From Mobula birostris (taxonomy: Eukaryota): 64,000 nucleotides of DNA. Made by a program: the position numbers and the translations under genes. This document shows, piece after piece, positions 1 through 14,432 of the stretch. Below the pieces are notes generated by a model. It saw only the letters and a list, made by a program, of their open reading frames with translations, was not told the origin of the DNA and did no database searches. Every line of letters begins with the position of its first letter. The first letter of the stretch is position 1. Where the stretch lies: the NCBI RefSeq assembly GCF_030028105.1, contig NC_092374.1:57669016-57733015 (forward strand), given 5' to 3'.

Positions 1-1250
1 AGTTCCTCGAGCAGTTTGGTGTTTTTGCCCCAGATTCCAGTATCTACAGCGTTGTGCCTCCCACAGTCATTTGGTTAGACAATTCCAGAAATTTGATATA
101 GTAATCATGAAGGAATGTTGATGAACTTCCAAGTCATTGTGCTATGCAGAAACTCAAAAAAAAAACTGCAAATGCTGGAAATCTGAAATTGAAACAAAAA
201 ATGTTGGAAAATCTGAGCAGGTCAGGCAGCAACTGTGGAAAGAGAAACTTAACATTTCAGATGAGAGCCCCTTCATCAGAATAGGGGAAGAGAGGAACGA
301 ATTAGTCTAGTAGAGGGCAATGGGTACAACAAGGCAAATTTCCACCATTAAGTTTCTTTGTCCCTATAATATGTTGCTCTTGTATAGTTCAGCCTTTTAG
401 GTCATACCCAACATACCAGAAGATATAATGAAAAACCAAGGAGTAGCAGACAAAATTGACTGCGAATAGAATGAAAGAATGAATTATCTAAGGGGGGAGG
501 GAATTTGATATTGAGCCCTGCAGGCTGCATTTCTGTCTAGACAGAAGATGGGAAGTTTTCTCTCAAGCTTGTTTTGGGTCTTAGTGTAACAGTGCAGGAG
601 GTCCGCCAGCAAAGTCAGAGTGGGAGTGTGCTCGTGAATTAAATCGGCAGGCAGCTGAAAACTCAAGACACACTTCTGTTGGCTGTGCAGGTGCTTCTCC
701 TTCTCCAAGTTTAATATGAGTTGGATGAAGAAATGGAAGTGGTGATGCTCCCATGTATCTGCTGCCCTTGTCCTAGACAGTAGAAGTTGCTGGTTTCAAA
801 GGTGCATTTGAAACTGTGCCCCATTGACTAAATTCCAATTTATTAAAATAGTTCCAACAAATCTAAAGTTGCTTTTTTAAAGGAGTAAGCTGCCTACTGA
901 ATTTATTTTGCGTTATTATATTCTTAATGCTGAGTAAAAACTGTCATAGAATCAAACTGCTTTTATTCTAATCTAAACTACCTTGGTTGAAGATGTTGAG
1001 GTAGTTTTGAATCAGATATTTACTTGTCAAGTTCTTAAAGTGATGAATCTTCTGGGAACAGTTCTTTACTCCATCTGTAACACTAGCTCATTGAGATGTG
1101 GGGCTGAATGTTTCCTTACTCTTTCTAATGCCATTAAAACCATATTATGTGTCATTATCAACTTGCTTGTGAAGGTTGCACACTGGGAGGGACCTTAGAC
1201 TTTCAGATGGGAGGCTCACAGAATAGTGCTGCCAGGATTTCCTATTTAAT

Positions 1251-1450
1251 AAACACAAAAGATTCTGCAGATGCTGGAAATCCAGAGCAACACACATGAA
1301 ATGCTGGAGGAATTCAGCAGGTCAGGCAGGATCTATAGAGGAGAATAAACAAAGGTCCTGACAAAGAATCTTGGCTCAAAATGTCTACTGTTTATTCCCT
1401 TCCATAGATGCTGCCTGACCTGCTGAGTTCCTCCAACATTTGTGTGTGCT
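1251..1450. mobile_element. Penelope-derived fold-back element (older)
   Basis: Inverted arms atgctggaggaattcagcaggtcaggcag / ctgcctgacctgctgagttcctccaacat, with a decayed hammerhead at the centre. Confidence 0.8.
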
Positions 1451-2215
1451 TCCCTGATTAATGCTGTTTTTGAGCTAACTGTTAATGCCCAAACAACAAA
1501 GAAAATTTCTTTTGTTTAAACAACTTTACCTTCAATGTTTCAGTTCAATACCTGAGGGCTGCGTCCTTTTTTCCCCACCACCACCCCACTGCCGACACAC
1601 ACGCGCATAACAGCACAAGTGCACATGCCTTCTAAGTACTTACTTAGTTCAAATGAACAGAACTCAACATTAACTGTCTCAGTATGCTGTTCCCTATCAA
1701 TATATTATAAGTTCATGCTGCTTTCAGCACTCAGGCTTGCTGCTGCAAAGTTACCTCTTGGGAAAATGTAGTACAGTTTGATCAGCACTCAACTAGCCGC
1801 AGGGAAACATTAGTAAAAAAAAAGGGTTGGGAGATTACCTCTGGGAAATCGTGTCGATATGGATAGGTGGTGAAGAACAGTCCAGTAAAAACATGTCCCT
1901 TGTGCAAGGGGTCCACTGCTATAGCCATATGTTCCTGGCACAAGTCTGAGGAATAGAGTGAATCCTGTACTTTGGGGAAACCTGCAATACAAGTAAAAGC
2001 TCATGCCTGCTTCTATGGATAGAAGGAAAGACAAATAGGTGGTCTGTCTAACTGATCAGTGAGCAGCAATCTGATGGACACAGTAGATTAGCAGTAGCAG
2101 CCTTGAAATAGTCTGGAGGCTGGGAAGCTAAGACAGAAGATGACCTCGTCTTCTACAGATAAAGCAGACAAAATACATGTGATGGGTTGTACTAGTGGTG
2201 ACAGGAATTTACAGA

Positions 2216-2414
2216 AACACAAAATACTCTGCAGATGCTGGGGTCAAAGCAACATGCACAACACGCTGAAGGAACTCAGCAGGCCGGGCAGCATCCGTGG
2301 AAACAAACAGTCAATGTTTCAGGCCAAGGTCCAAGGGTCTCGGCCTGAAACGTTGACTGTTCATTTCCACGAATGCTGCCCGACCTGCTGAGTTCCTCCA
2401 GCGTGTTGTGCATG
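2216..2414. mobile_element. Penelope-derived fold-back element
   Basis: Inverted arms; 13-bp TSD AGGAATTTACAGA at 2203-2215 and 2415-2427. Confidence 0.85.
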
Positions 2415-2519
2415 AGGAATTTACAGATATCCATGATGATAGAATGTAATTTCAGTGTTTGAATAACATGGTTACAAAGGAAATGAGATGAGTAAATCTT
2501 GGCTGTTTTGAGGATGAGA

Positions 2520-4030
2520 GTTGGGACTGTAAGAACGATGGGCGATGAACCATGCCACCATGGTTCAGGGAGCCATCGAAGAGCCGGGAGAGAAGAGAAA
2601 TTGTGTTGTAATTGGGGATAGTATACTCAAGGGAATAGACAATTCTCTGTCACAAGGATTGAGTGCTGTTTTGACTGCCTGATGTCCAAGTTCAGGAAAT
2701 CTTATCCGACTTGCAGAGTAATTTGGAGAGGGAAGGTAAAGATCCAGTTGTCATGGATCATATGAAAACCAATGACATAAGAAGTATGAGGAAAGAGGTT
2801 CTGTTGAGGGAACTTGAGCAGCTGGGGACTAAATTAAACACAGTTGCAAAAAGGCAATAATCTCTGGATTGCGACTTGAGCTACTGTACATACAAAATTC
2901 GCACAAGGTTAACCAGATCAGAAGCTTAAATGTGTGATTCAGATTGGTGTGGAAGAAGTGAGTTTGAATCGGTGGGACATTGGCACCAGTATTGGCAAAG
3001 TATCTCCTGCTACCTGCCTTTTCCCATAACCCTTAATTACCCTACAATCTATCCAATCTTGTCTTAAATATTTTTACTGAGGTAGCCTCCACTGCTTCAT
3101 TGGGCAGAGAATTCCACAGATTCACTACCCTCTGGGAAAAGCAGTTTCTCCTCATTTCCATCTTAACCTACTCCCCTAAATCTTGAAGCTATATACCCGA
3201 GTTCTACTCTTACATGTCTCTATATTATCTATCCCTTTCATAATTTCATATGCTGTATAAGATCTCCTCTCATTCTTCTGAATTTCAGCATGTACAGTCC
3301 CACGCAACACAATTTCTCCTCAGTCTAAGCTCCCTCATCTCTGGAATCAACCTAGTGAGCCTCCTCTGCACCACCTCCAAAGCCAGTACATCCTTCCTCA
3401 ACTAAGGAAATCAGAAATGCACACAGTACTCCAGGTGCGGCCTCAACAGTACCCTGCACAGTTGCAGCATAACCTCCCTGCTCTTAAATTCAATCCTTCT
3501 AGTAATGAAGGCCAACATAGTATTTGCTTTCTTGATAGTCTGCTGCACCTGCAAACCAACCTCCCAAGTCCCTCTGCACAGCAGCACAGTGCAATTCTTC
3601 ACCATTTAAATAATCTGCTCTTTCATTTTTCATTCGAAACTGGATGACCTCACATTTGCCAACATTGTACTCCATCTACCAGACTCTTGCTCACTCACTT
3701 ACCTATATCTCTCTGCAGATTCTTGGTATCTTCTGCACAATTTGCTTTTCCACTCAATTTAGTGTCATCAGCAAACTTAGATGCACTACACTTGGTCCCT
3801 TCTTCCAGATTGTTAATGCATATCGTGAACATATACATGGGTTAAACACCAACCCCTGCGCCACACCACTCACCACTGATTACCAACCAGAGTAACACCC
3901 ATGCATCCCAACTCTCTGCTTTCTGTTAGTTACCCAATCCTATATCCATGCTAATACAACACCCCAATTCTACACATCTTTATGGGCAACTCCTCTGGAA
4001 ATCCAAGTAAATAATGTCCATCTGTTCTTT
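2520..4030. mobile_element. CR1 fragments: ORF1 esterase remnant (+, to about 2995) abutting a CR1 3' end (-)
   Basis: VIGDSILKG remnant near 2610; RPHLEYCV and KKAN.MLAFI on the minus strand. Confidence 0.75.
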
Positions 4031-5909
4031 TCCTTATCAATTCTTGACCATCCTTTGTTGAGGTCTCAAATTCATGTTTGTACAGTTGCAAGAAAAAGCA
4101 GCAAGCATTTTCATAGATTTAATACTACATTTTATTTTCCTGTAACCCACAGCTGGAACACTTACTGTTATGCTACTTGCAACATGATACAATTCTTCTA
4201 GTTTCTAGTCTGTTTACTTTCAACATCTGTATAAATTCACAACAAAATTTGCATTTTTAGCATTAAAACAATAAGGAACTGTGGCTTTGGCATATGACCT
4301 AGCCAACTGACAACTTGCCAAAAGAAACCATGTGATTAACTTGATAATTTTAAAAGATTAAAAGCAGCCACATGCCATAAGGAACCACCCTTATATCAGC
4401 ACCTCTGGGCATTCCAGAGCAGGTCACAGCCAGTGAAATATTTTTGAACTGAGGTTTTGAATTACAGGAAACAAGAGTAGTCAATTTGCCCAACAAATTA
4501 GTAAGATGATAATGACTCGATCACCAAATATTAGCCCAAGATATAAGTGAAAGGACATACTAGGGAACTATTGACAGATGGGCCATTTGCTATCTTTCTG
4601 ATGAGATGCTGGCATAAGCATTTCTTATGTGAAGAAATGCTGTTATGTTCTAATGCATTACAACCAGATTATAAAATACAGAGAGTTGGGAAATACTACC
4701 AGATTCTTAATGGCCATTATATTCACCAATGAAATGTCCATTAAACTTCTAGCTCATTTATATTTGTGATTTTCTATGTGCATGCTGACTACCATGTTTT
4801 CTTTAATGGGTAAGTGCCAATCCAAAATTCAGTAATGGCTGTAAACTATAGCTGTTAGAGGTGCAATGCAAGTACTTTTTTTCTGCAATCCACTTAAGGA
4901 AAAATAGAAAAAACACCAGGTTTTAAGAAATACACATCTTCTGAGTAAAAAGTAATCTTATCTAGTTTTTCTTATAATAATTTTGAAAAATTTCTGAACA
5001 GCAAACATGTCTGAGACTTCAAAAAAAAAAAAACCTGAAGCTGTGGTTGTTTTCAGAACATGATTCGGGAATCAGGTTTGTAATTGGGGTCCACAGCATG
5101 TGGTCAGAGCCAGGATCTGGAACATCAGGAACACAGATAGGTTTACATACAGATTAAAACTGAAGTCTAGTGCTGAAACTTACACAGAAGTTATATCCAA
5201 AGACTGGTTGACCACCGTCTGTCATTATAGCCTCTGTGTCACTTTCAGTGGCCTTAATGGCATCTGCAATTTTGTAATCTGTGTCCTTTTCCCTCACAAA
5301 TAAGGACTTAATGTATACCATGTTGCTTCAATCCTGTTTGATATTAGAAATTCCAATTGCTGAGCAAAAGAAGTCAAAAAATCACAGCTCTGAGAGAACT
5401 GGTAGCAATCATCCCTGACAGAAAATAAATGATACAATTCTGAGGAACTGAGTGAAATTTGTTACCACAACCTAAATGACATAGCAACATTATGGATAAA
5501 ACTTACAAAGAAATGTTACCAAATTAATTTTATATAATTTAGTTCTGCAGAAGAAATAAGTATATTACTGAAATTAAAGTTACTGATAGAAACCAATACT
5601 TTTTCCTGAAAAGTGGTGCAAACCTAATGATGAATAAATATTAAAATCACAATACTGTGGTTCATGAGTATTTCCTTCAGATGAAGGATTAGAGAACAGG
5701 TTACAGAAAACTGTTTCCAGTCTAAAGCTAATTATACATTCTTATCTTCACAAGGAAGTTTGCAACATCACTGAAGCCCCATAACTTCGTAACTGTAAAA
5801 TGAGGGTCATTCAATGAAATAAGAATGGAAATGCACTTCGTAAAATCTATGTGTTTGCTCGAGCAGTATTGCAACTGATTACAGAAAATTGTTAGTAAAG
5901 GTTTGGTAT

Positions 5910-5915
5910 TTTATT
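5910..5915 (-). terminator. Candidate proximal polyadenylation signal AATAAA of TRMO
   Basis: AATAAA on the minus strand about 30 nt after the stop; a distal AATAAA also occurs at 4131-4136. Confidence 0.4.
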
Positions 5916-5944
5916 GAAAGTGCAATGTTTTCAGCTAGAAGAAT

Positions 5945-6183
5945 TTAAACTTTGACAGTTCCAATGTCAGGTGGCTCTTTCAGAGGTTTTATCCTGAGGA
6001 TTTCAGTAAAACCATCTCCAAACCAAGTGGTGATGTGGGCAGTGTCCAGAGTGAAATAAAAGAGCATGTCCTGGCACTGTGTCCTCCGATATATGGATCT
6101 TGGATCAGCTGATAACACAGACATCATGGCAGATTTTATTTCCTCTACGGACTGGAAATACTTCAATGTCATTTTCTCTGGAT
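5945..6183 (-). CDS. TRMO: TRMO last coding exon (DPEKMTLKYFQS...VLSADPRSIYRR..CQD.LFYF...WFGDGF.E.LRIKP...stop)
   Basis: Matches the TRMO C-terminal domain; ttacag| acceptor; TAA at 5947-5945. Confidence 0.96.
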
Positions 6184-7362
6184 CTGTAAATGGACAGAAG
6201 GTGAAAGATTTAGATTGGAAGTCAGATATGATAATAAAATCTAAGAAACACGAAAGAGCCATAAAACTAAAATTCTACAGACGGTGGTGGCAGTGGCAGT
6301 GGCGAGAGGTGGGGGCTTTAAAAAAAGATACCATAAATATTGAACAAATGTAAAAGCATATGAGAAACAGAACTAACATTTCAGGTCTATGACAGAAATT
6401 TCATGAGAACACTGGCTTGACACATCAATGCTGGGCCAACATTAATCAGGTAATAAGGACTGATGAGGCAGGCATGTAAAGCAACTTTCACATTCCTTTC
6501 AGGTCTTCCTAAGCATTTAATATTCAATTAAATGCTTCCAAAGTGTGCTTACTGTTGCAGTGTAGGAGCTGCAAGATTATCAGGAAATTCTGTTCTATTT
6601 TGATCAGGAATGAGAAATAAATAATGGGCATTACATCAAGGATGAGAACTCCCTGGGTAGGCCTTTTCCATTTTTATGTCTTCCTGACAACACAGCCTTA
6701 CTTTAGCAATTCATCCAAAAGACAGCGCCCTTAGCAGCAGAGCAAATCTGACTTTATTCTCAATTTTCAACAATCCGTAATGTTCCGACTCAAAAATGAA
6801 AATATTTTTCACTGAATGAATCACACCCAAAAAGTATAACTAAACACTCAACACATAAATCAAGACTGTCAGATTAAGGCATCCTATACTTTTCAAAAGT
6901 AACTTCTTTTCATAGCCAACTGCACAAACTTAATTCATTTTTATCAACTTCAAAGAAATCTAAATTAATGCATACAAAATGTAACATCTTACCTGCATGA
7001 ACACCCTAATGGCTCACTGTAAGCAGTGGTGCAGAATGTGTGTTTGGGTGATAACTACACTATTTGGAAAAGTACATGTCCCCCTTTCCCCACATTTCAT
7101 TCTAGGATCACTTTAAACAGAAAATCCATACATGAGCAGATGGGTGGATGCAATTGTACTCATCACACAGGATCTGTAGACTTACTACTATAATGTATAA
7201 GGCAGCTTTTAGACCTCAGATGGAGTGCTGAGTTCTAGTCTGCACAAGACACCTTGGGAAAAGGATGCCAGACATACAACAGAAAAGCCTCTGACATCGA
7301 TTACTTAGAAAAAGTAAAGGAATTAATGCTGTCCCTGGGTTACAAACCCTGACTTATGGACA

Positions 7363-8917
7363 TAGTGGTGATAGAAAGTTTGTGAACCCTTTAGAATTTT
7401 CTCTATTTCTGCATAAATATGACCTAAAATGTGATCAGATCTTCATGGAGATCCTAAAACTAGATAAGGAGAACCTAACTGAACAAGTAACACAAAAAAT
7501 ATACTCTTTCATTTATTCATTGAGAATAAATATCCAATATTACATGTATTTGTTGGAAAAGGTATGTAAACCTTGCTTACAGTAACTGGTGTGACCCCCT
7601 TGTATAGCAATAACTTCATCCAAAGGTTTCCAGCAACTGTTGATCAGTCCTGCACATTGGCCTGGAGGAATTTTAGGCCATTTCTCCTTACAAAACTGCT
7701 TCAACTTTGGGATGTTGGTAGGCTTCCTTGCGTGAACTACTTATTTCATGACCTTCCACAACATTTCTATAGGATTAAGGCCAGGACTTTGATTCTGCCA
7801 TAACAAAACATGAAGTTTCTTCTGCTTTAAACATTCTTTGGTAGGCTGACTTGTGTGTTTAGGGTCATTATCTTGCTGCACGACCCACTTTCTCTTGAGT
7901 TTCAGTTCACAGACAGATCCGCTGACATTTTCCTGTAGAGTTTACTGGTACAATTCAGAATTCATAGTTCCTTAAATAACGGCAAGCATGCTGGTCCTGA
8001 AGCAGCAAGCAGGCCCAAGCCATGACACTGCTGCTGCCGTGTTTCGCGGATGGGATGAGGTTCTTATGCTGGAATGCAGTGTTTGCTTTTCACCAACTAT
8101 AATGCTTCTCATTAAGTCAAAAAGTTCTATTTTGGACTCATCCATTCACAGAACATTATTCCAATAGCCTTTGAGCTTATCCATGTGATCTTTAGCAAAA
8201 ATTAGATGGGCACCAATGTTCTTTTTGGAGAGTAGTGGCTTTCACACCGCTGTTGTTCAGTGTTTGCCTGATGGTAGACCAATGAACACTAACATTAGCC
8301 AAAACAAGAGAGGCCCGTAGCTCCTTAGATGTTACCCTGGGGTTCGTTGTGCCTTGCTCTCGGAGTGATTTTTGTTGGCCGACCACTCCTGGGGAGAGTA
8401 ACAATGGTGTTGAATTTCTTCCATTTGTACACCATCTGCCCAACCATGGATTGGTAGAGCCGAAACTCTTTAAAAATGGTTTTCTATCCTTTTCTAGCTT
8501 GGTGAGCATCAACAACCTTTTTCAGAGGTTCTCAGAAATCTCCTTTGATCAAGGCATGGCTCACTTCCAAAAACCAGTGTGGTGAAGATCAGACTTTGAC
8601 AGTGAAGACCCAGGTTTACATTCATTAAATAGGGCAAAACCTCCCACACTCACACCTGATAGACATCTCATCGATTGAAACACCCGACTCTAATTTCCCC
8701 CTTAAGTGAACTAGATGTTCACATACTTTTTCTAACAAATACATGTAATATTGCATTATTTTTCTCAATAAATGAACCATAATGTTTTTTCGTGTTATTT
8801 ATTTAATTAGGTTCTCTATCTAGTTTTAGGACTTGCATGAAGATCTGATCACATTTTATGTCATTCTGATGCAGAGATAGAGAAAATTCTAAACAGGTCA
8901 CAAACTTTCTGGTACCA
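7363..8917 (-). mobile_element. Tc1-family DNA transposon with long IR/DR-type terminal inverted repeats; decayed transposase
   Basis: TIRs of about 200 bp (7363-7572 and 8717-8917); NPRVTSKELRASL...STIRQTL HTH and WNNVL.MDESKIEL motif on the minus strand. Confidence 0.88.
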
Positions 8918-9094
8918 TACAAATGGGCTCCTGTAATACTATTAAATTCAAAAGACCAATATTTGTACAAAAGCTGGTTCCAATGTAAAGTAGAAATAGT
9001 ATTTTTCTCTCTCCACTTTTAGTGATTATCCTTTCTTATCAATCTTTTGAAGCCATTCCTTACAGTATTGTGAAGGTTACCATATAGAGATCAA

Positions 9095-10830
9095 AGTAAA
9101 CTTTTTATCAAACTATATACATGTCACCATATACAACCCTGCGATTCAATTTCTTGCAGGCATACTCAGGAAGTTCAATAACCATAATAGAATCAACGAA
9201 AAACTGCAGCAACTGGGCAGATAACAGTGTGCAAAAGTCACACAAACAGTTCAAATGTGGGGGGGGGGGGGGAAGAGAGAGGAGATTAATAAATAAATAA
9301 TAAATAAGCAAGCAAGCAAGCAATAAATATCAAGAACAAGAGATGAAGAGTCCTTGAAAGTGTGTCCACAAGTTGTGGGAACAGTTCAGTGATGGGGCAA
9401 GTGAAACTGGGTGAAGTGATCCCTCTGGTTCAAGAGCCCGATGGATGAGCAGTAACAACTGTTCCTGGACCTGGTGGAGAGCCCAGAGACTCCTGCACCT
9501 TTATTCTCATAGCAAAAGTGAGAAGAGTTCATGGGCTGGGTGGTGGACGTTCCTGATGAAGGACGCAGCTTTCCCAAGACAATGCTCCATGTAGATGTGC
9601 TCAGTGGTGGAGAGGGCTTTACCTGTGATGGACCAGGCCAAATCCATTACTTTTTGTAGGATTTTCCATTCAAGGGCATTGGTGTTTCCACACCAGGCAG
9701 TCATGCAGCCAGTCAATATACTCTCCACCCCAAATCTATAGAAGATTGTCAAAGTGTTAGATGTCATGCCAAGTCTTCATAATCTTCAAAGGAAATAGAG
9801 GCATTGCCGTGCTTTCTTTATAATTGCTCTTGCGTGCTGAGCCCAGGACAGGACCTCTTATAAAATAACACCAAGAAATGTAAGAGTTGCTGACCCTCTC
9901 CACCTCTGATTCCCCCCCCCCCCGATGAGAACTGGCTCTCATGGACTTCTGCTTTCCTCTCCTGAAGTAAATCATCAGCTCCTTGGTCTTGCTGACATTG
10001 AGTAAGTGGTTGTTGTTGTGGTACCGTTCAGTCAGATTGAAGATCTACCTCCTATATGCTGATTTATCACTGCTTTTGATTTTGCCTATGGCAGTGGCGT
10101 CATCAGCAATCTTAAACATGGCACTCAAACTATGGCTAGCCACACAATCCTAAGTATAAAGTAAGTAGAGCAGGGAGCTAAGCACACAGCCTTGTGGTGC
10201 ACCTGTGCTGATGGAGATTGTGGAGAAGACATTGTTGCCAATACAAAATGACTAGGTCTGCAAGTGAGGAAATCGAGGATCCAATTGCATAAGGAAGTAC
10301 TGAGGCCAAAGTCTTGAAGTTCATTGATCAGCTCTGAGAGGATGATAATATTGAATGCCGAGCTGTAGTCGATAAACAGCATCCTGACGTATACATCTTT
10401 GCTGTTCAGGTATTCCAGAGTTCAGTCAATGAAATGGCATCTGCTGTAGTCCTGTTGTGCAGGTAGGCAAATTGGAGCATATCCAAGTCACTTCTCAGGT
10501 ATGAGGTACTGTGTATCATCAGTCTCTCAGAACAATTCATCGTTGTGGATGTAAATGCTACTGGACAATAATCACTGAGGCAGGTTACCACATTCTTAAG
10601 GCACCAGTATAACTAAAGCCTGTCTGAAGCAGGTAGGTACCTCAGACTGCCAAAGCAGGATCTCAGTGAACACTCCAGTCAGTTGATCTACACAGGTCTT
10701 TAGTACTCGGCCAGGTAACCCACCTGGGGGTATGCTTTCCGTGGGTTCACCCTCCTCACGTGGGCCTCAGAGACCGAAATCACAGGGTGATCATGGCTGT
10801 GGAAGTTCGTGATGGATCCTCCAAGTTTTA
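9095..10830 (-). mobile_element. Rex1/Babar-like LINE fragment
   Basis: [21 protein letters not shown] and FYR..VESILTGC.TAW.GN motifs. Confidence 0.75.
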
Positions 10831-10844
10831 ACAAAGCGATCAAT

Positions 10845-13240
10845 ACAGCACAGACACAGGCCCTTTGGTGCATCTATCCCATGAAGAACTGTTATTCTAT
10901 CTAGTCCCATTGACCTGCATCTAGGCCATAGCCCTCAATAACCCTCCTTATACAAAAACTGATCTTATATTACAATCATCTTGCTCCACCACTTTGTTTC
11001 ATACTCACAGCACTCTGAGTGAAGAGGATCCCCTCAGGTTCCTTTTAAATATTTCACCTTTCACATTTTGCCCATGACCTCTTATACTAGTCTCATCCAA
11101 CCTCAATGGAAAAACCCTGCTTGCATATCCCATCTATACCTCTAAGTTTTGTATAACTCTATTAAATCTCCCCTCTTTCTCCTATGCTCCATGAAATAAA
11201 GTCCTAACCTATTCAACCACTCTCTAAAACTCAGATTCTAAAGTCCCAGCAACATACTTGTAGATTTTCCCAGTCCTCTTTAAATCTTATTGATATGTTT
11301 CCTATTAGTCATCATCACCATCAGGTGCTGTGCCCAGTTTGAGCTCTGACTGCTATGGCCCACACACTCCTGTTTCAGGTCAAGTGGATCAATTCATTGG
11401 TATTCATTTCCAGTTCCCTAGCTGCTCTCTCCATCATTTGTCTTTGTCTTCCTCATGCTTTCTTCCCTTCAATCTTTCCCATAATTACCGTGCATTCTAA
11501 CTCCTTTTTCCGAATCACATATCCAATGAATTCCTGGTAGGAGGCTAGAACTGCACATCTTTCCAGTTAAGCCTCACCGACACCTCATACAATTTCAACA
11601 TAACAGCTCAACTCCTGTACTCAGTGCTTTGATTTATGAAGGCCAATGTGCTAAAAGCTCCCTTTACAACCTTATCAACCTGTGACACCCTTTTCAAGGA
11701 ATTACAGATCTGTATCCCCAGGTCCCTCTGTTCTTCTGCACTCCTCAGTGCCCCAATATTCATTGTGCACGTCCTACCTAACGTTTGTCAACCCAAAATA
11801 CAACACCTCACAATTATTTACATTAAATTCTATCAGCCATTTTAGCTGATCCACATCCTCCTGCAAGCTTTGCTTCCTTGCTGTCTACTACACCCCCCAA
11901 TCTTGGTGTCATCCACAAATTTGCCAATCCAGTTTAACAGATTATCATCCAGATCAGTGAGATAGATGACAAACAAAGAACCCAACACCAGTACCTGCGG
12001 CACATCAATAGTCACAGGCCTCCAGTCAGAGGGACAACTACCTACTATTACTCTCTGGCTTCTCCCACGAAGCAAACGTTGAACCCAGTTTACATCATCC
12101 TAAATACCAAGTGACTGCACCTTCTTGACCAACCTCCCATGCAGGACCTTATCAAAGGTCTTGCTGAAGTCCATGTAGGCAGTAGCCATTTCTTCATCAA
12201 CTTTCCTAGTAAAAATCTTTGAAAAACTCTGTAAGATTGGTTAGACACAACGTACTACAAAGCCACATTAACTATTCATAATCAGGCTGTCTATCCGAAT
12301 ACTTATATATTCTTTCCCTTAGAATACCTTCCAATGATTTACCCACTACTGACATCAGAATCCCTAGCTTATTATATTATTGTTTATTTTTAGAGCCTTT
12401 CTTGAACAACAGAACAACATTGGCTATCCTCCAGTCATCTGGTATCTCACCTATGGCTAAGGACATTTTAAATAGCTCTGCTAGGGACCCTGCAATTTCT
12501 GCACTAGCCTCCTGCAAGGTCCAAGGAGATACTTTGTCATTCCCTGGGGACTTACCCACCCTAATCTACCTAAATGACAGCTAGCACCTCCTCCTCTGTA
12601 ATCCTGATACAGTACATGACCTCACCACCATTTTGCATCAGTTATAAAGATTTCTGCATCCATCTCCTTCATAAATACAGATTCAAAAAATCCATTTAAG
12701 ATCTCCCCCATCTCTTTTGGCTCCATTTGTATGTAGATGACCATCCTGATCTTCAAGCAGACCAATTTTGTCCCTTGCTATCCTTTTGCTCTCAGTCTAT
12801 CTGTAGAGATCTTTAGGATTCTCCTTCACCTTGTCTGCCAGAGCAACCTCATGCCTTCCTTTAGGCCTCCTGATTTCCCTCTTTAATGTTCCAATGCATT
12901 TCTTATACTCAAGCACCTCGTTTGTCTCTTCCTGCCTATTCTTGCTATGCACCTCCTTTTCTTTCTTAACCAGGGCCTCAATATCCCTGGAAAACCAAGG
13001 TCCCCTAAACCTGTTATCCTTACCTTTTATTCTAACAGGAACATAAAAACACTGTGCTCTTAATATTTCACTTTTGAAGGCCTTCCACTTACCGTGCATC
13101 CCTTAGCCTGAAAACAATCCATCCTAATCTACACCTGCCAGATCTTTTACTGATACCATTAAAATTGGCCTTTCTTATCCTTCTCCATTATTACCTTGAA
13201 ACTAACAGAATTTTGATCACTAGATCCAAGTGTTTCCTAT
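10845..13240 (-). mobile_element. CR1 LINE 3' portion, decayed
   Basis: KSPG.D, DWRIANVV.LFKKG, VPQ..VLG and KFVDDTK remnants; CR1 3' tail. Confidence 0.8.
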
Positions 13241-13691
13241 ACACATTCTTCTGACTTATGGACAAAATCAACTGATGGATGTATGTAAAAACAGAACCCG
13301 CTGATTATCTGGTGACCGGACAAATATTTAATACAGGTGTTCAAGATAATAGGCAAAAGAACTAGAGGGAAAATTAATTATTTTGTGCAGCTATTTGTGA
13401 TTATCTGGAGTGGTCCTCTGAAAGAAAACTGGAAGCAGAATAGTAATTTTCAAATTGCAGCTGTTGGAAGCAACTAAAAAAAAAACAAAAATCACAGGAC
13501 CAAATGTGAGACAGTGGATAAAGAGCAATGCAGCCAAAAACTTTATCCAATAACTCTCAAGAGGCTAGTAACCTTATGAGTCATTACTATTATGATAGTT
13601 CCATTATTCAGTTGATGATACATCTGAAAGCAGAGATCTGGATTCTACATTCCAATTTCACTATTAATTGCTACTGCACCATCATTCATAC

Positions 13692-14432
13692 CTGACCCTC
13701 CTGGAGCCTGAAACTGCTGCAAATCCATTTCTGCATGAGGAGTGAATCGAACCTTTAAGGAAGTCACAGGTGACTGTTTTATCCAAGTTGCAATATTGCC
13801 ATTGGACAATTTATTCCAAGATATGTTAATAGCAACATTATTTGTTTTCTTCCTCTTGCCGACTGTCAGAGATTTCTCAGGTTTAAGGCAACTTACTTCA
13901 TCTTCTTCAGTTATGCAGTTTATAGTATCACTGTGAACTAACTGGCTTTTGATTTTCTCCACGGTTAAATGTATGCTTTCATAAGAAGCAATCCCTTTTC
14001 CAGCAAGCTGATCAACTTTCTCATTTAGTTGATGTTCACAATACTTCTCTTTTTTGGGGTTATTGTTGGTAGTTGGTAGTGACATTTTTCTGACCTTGCC
14101 TTTTTCATCCATTATCTCGCCATCTGTCCTTCTAAATGGGCATGTGGTATCTTTGGGAGAATGTCCTACCTGATCAATAGCACGGTCGGCTACTACCTTT
14201 GAAGCCACTTTGACATGGATTGATTGCTTATCCTCACTCTCCTCAGTTACCTTCCCAGAGATCGGATTGGGTATTCCTTGGCATTGCTCTTCTGGCACAA
14301 AAACCTCTTGAGTCTCATTTGCATTATCCATTGGGTCAACCCTAGGTGTGTCATAATCTGGAATATATGGTTTAATGTCCAGTACTGGTGTTCCTTGTAT
14401 CATGTCAATTCCCGAAAGATAAAGAGTGTCAC
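13692..14432 (-). CDS. TRMO: TRMO coding exon 5 (DTLYLSGIDMIQGTPVLDIKPY...VRFTPHAEMDL...)
   Basis: GIDM..GTPVLDIKPY motif, long variable linker, then VRFTPHAEMDL; ttttcag| acceptor and |gtatga donor; 741 nt. Confidence 0.96.
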
